64,000 bases of DNA from Carcharhinus longimanus. Taxonomy: Eukaryota. Each line of letters opens with the position of its first letter. Within the stretch, counting starts at the first letter, position 1. The stretch is taken from assembly GCA_030264375.1 (NCBI GenBank), contig JASCQW010000122.1:17352430-17416429 (forward strand), in the 5' to 3' direction. Of the stretch, positions 63,036 to 64,000 are shown piece after piece. The position numbers were made by a program, and so were the translations under genes. Below the pieces are notes generated by a model, which saw nothing but the letters and a program-made list of their open reading frames with translations, was not told the origin of the DNA and searched no databases.

Positions 63036-63505
63036 ACAGAATACAATGGGAAATTGTGCCTAGAACACAAATTCACTGCACGAATGTAATAGGTCATGGG
63101 TGTATAAAGTGCAGCTTTGAGCTCATGCTCCAATACAGTGTAAATTGCTAATCTTGGTTATAAAGCAAAAAAGGTGCCGATCAAGAGATGAGAAACTTCT
63201 TCAGGGAGTTACATTAATCAGAAGATAACTTATTGGGTGTGTACTGTACTAGCCAACATATTTTGCTGCATTCCTACTATAATTCCAGCTGAAGAATGCT
63301 AAAAGATGCTGTGGAATGGGGGCAAGATTCCAAAAACTGGATGTTGATTCTCTTGAAGTGGGTCTAATATTACAACAGTAGCTGGTATACCTACTGAGGT
63401 AAGGCATATGGATCTCGACAAACATGCACAAAGGCCCCAGGGTAGAATCCAGATCAGGCACTGGTCTGGGACATTGAGGAACTAAAATAAATGCTACTTC
63501 TAATT

Positions 63506-63895
63506 CAGTAAGAAGTCTGACAGCACCAGGTTTAAGTCCAACCAATTTATTTGATAGTAAACACTCAAGCTTTCAGAGGTTGCCCCTTCGTCAGGTAAAT
63601 GGAGAGTTCTGGCCTCAGGCAGAGCATATAACAGCACAGACAGTTTACAGATTACTGATTAGAATGCGAGTCTTNNNNNNNNNNNNNNNNNNNNNNNNNN
63701 NNNNNNNNNNNNNNNNNNNNNNNNNNNNNNNNNNNNNNNNNNNNNNNNNNNNNNNNNNNNNNNNNNNNNTCAAGTCTTAAAGAGGCCAACAATGTGAGTG
63801 GAAGGAGCATTAAGCCCAGGTTAAAGAGATGTGTATTGTCTCCAGACAGTATAGTAAGTAAGGTTTAGCAAACCGAGGCAAGTCATGGGGGTAAC
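63506..63895 (-). mobile_element. Penelope-like element 3' region with minimal hammerhead ribozyme motif
   Basis: Same terminal sequence as the 40354 element. The minus strand at 63594-63568 reads CTGACGA-AGGGG-CAA-CCTCT-GAAA-GCTT. Confidence 0.7.
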
Positions 63896-64000
63896 TGTGG
63901 AATTGCAAATTCAGGACAATGTAGGCTGAGCTAACTGAATCATACTGGATGCCATTATTTACATCTTTAGAAGGAAAAGATAATTTTAAATAGGTTAAGG

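Noticed and set aside
62789-63133. 114-aa minus-strand ORF next to the real exon
   Set aside because: It is the antisense of a CR1 endonuclease remnant; the acceptor at 62796-98 bounds the true exon.

Overview
This is eukaryotic, AT-rich, repeat-saturated vertebrate DNA, almost certainly from an elasmobranch (shark). The evidence is HE1-type tRNA SINEs, HER1/CR1 LINEs with (GACTCTAT/TTCTATG)n tails, Deu-domain SINE remnants and shark-type Penelope repeats. The assembly is a draft with N gaps (mostly 10 or 100 N), several flanked by duplicated sequence. Most ORFs in the track are fragments of decayed transposons: CR1, L2, Rex1/Babar-like, two Ty3/Gypsy proviruses, an orphan LTR, PIF/Harbinger Myb/SANT and nuclease remnants, many MITEs, and Penelope-like elements carrying hammerhead-ribozyme motifs. 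The only convincing host coding sequence is a phase-compatible run of 2-3 minus-strand exons at 61.7-62.8 kb. They encode a coiled coil resembling the stalk of kinesin-4 (KIF4-like) and appear to be the 3' end of a gene whose start lies beyond the right edge. The most notable structural observations are this possibly truncated, divergent kinesin-4-like gene, a MITE holding an inverted copy of Gypsy sequence from about 1 kb away, a four-family nested insertion inside a pol-deleted Gypsy, and a TSD-bounded Penelope fold-back. No prokaryotic features and no CRISPR array were found. Family assignments rest on motif recognition from memory, not database searches, and most repeat boundaries are approximate.
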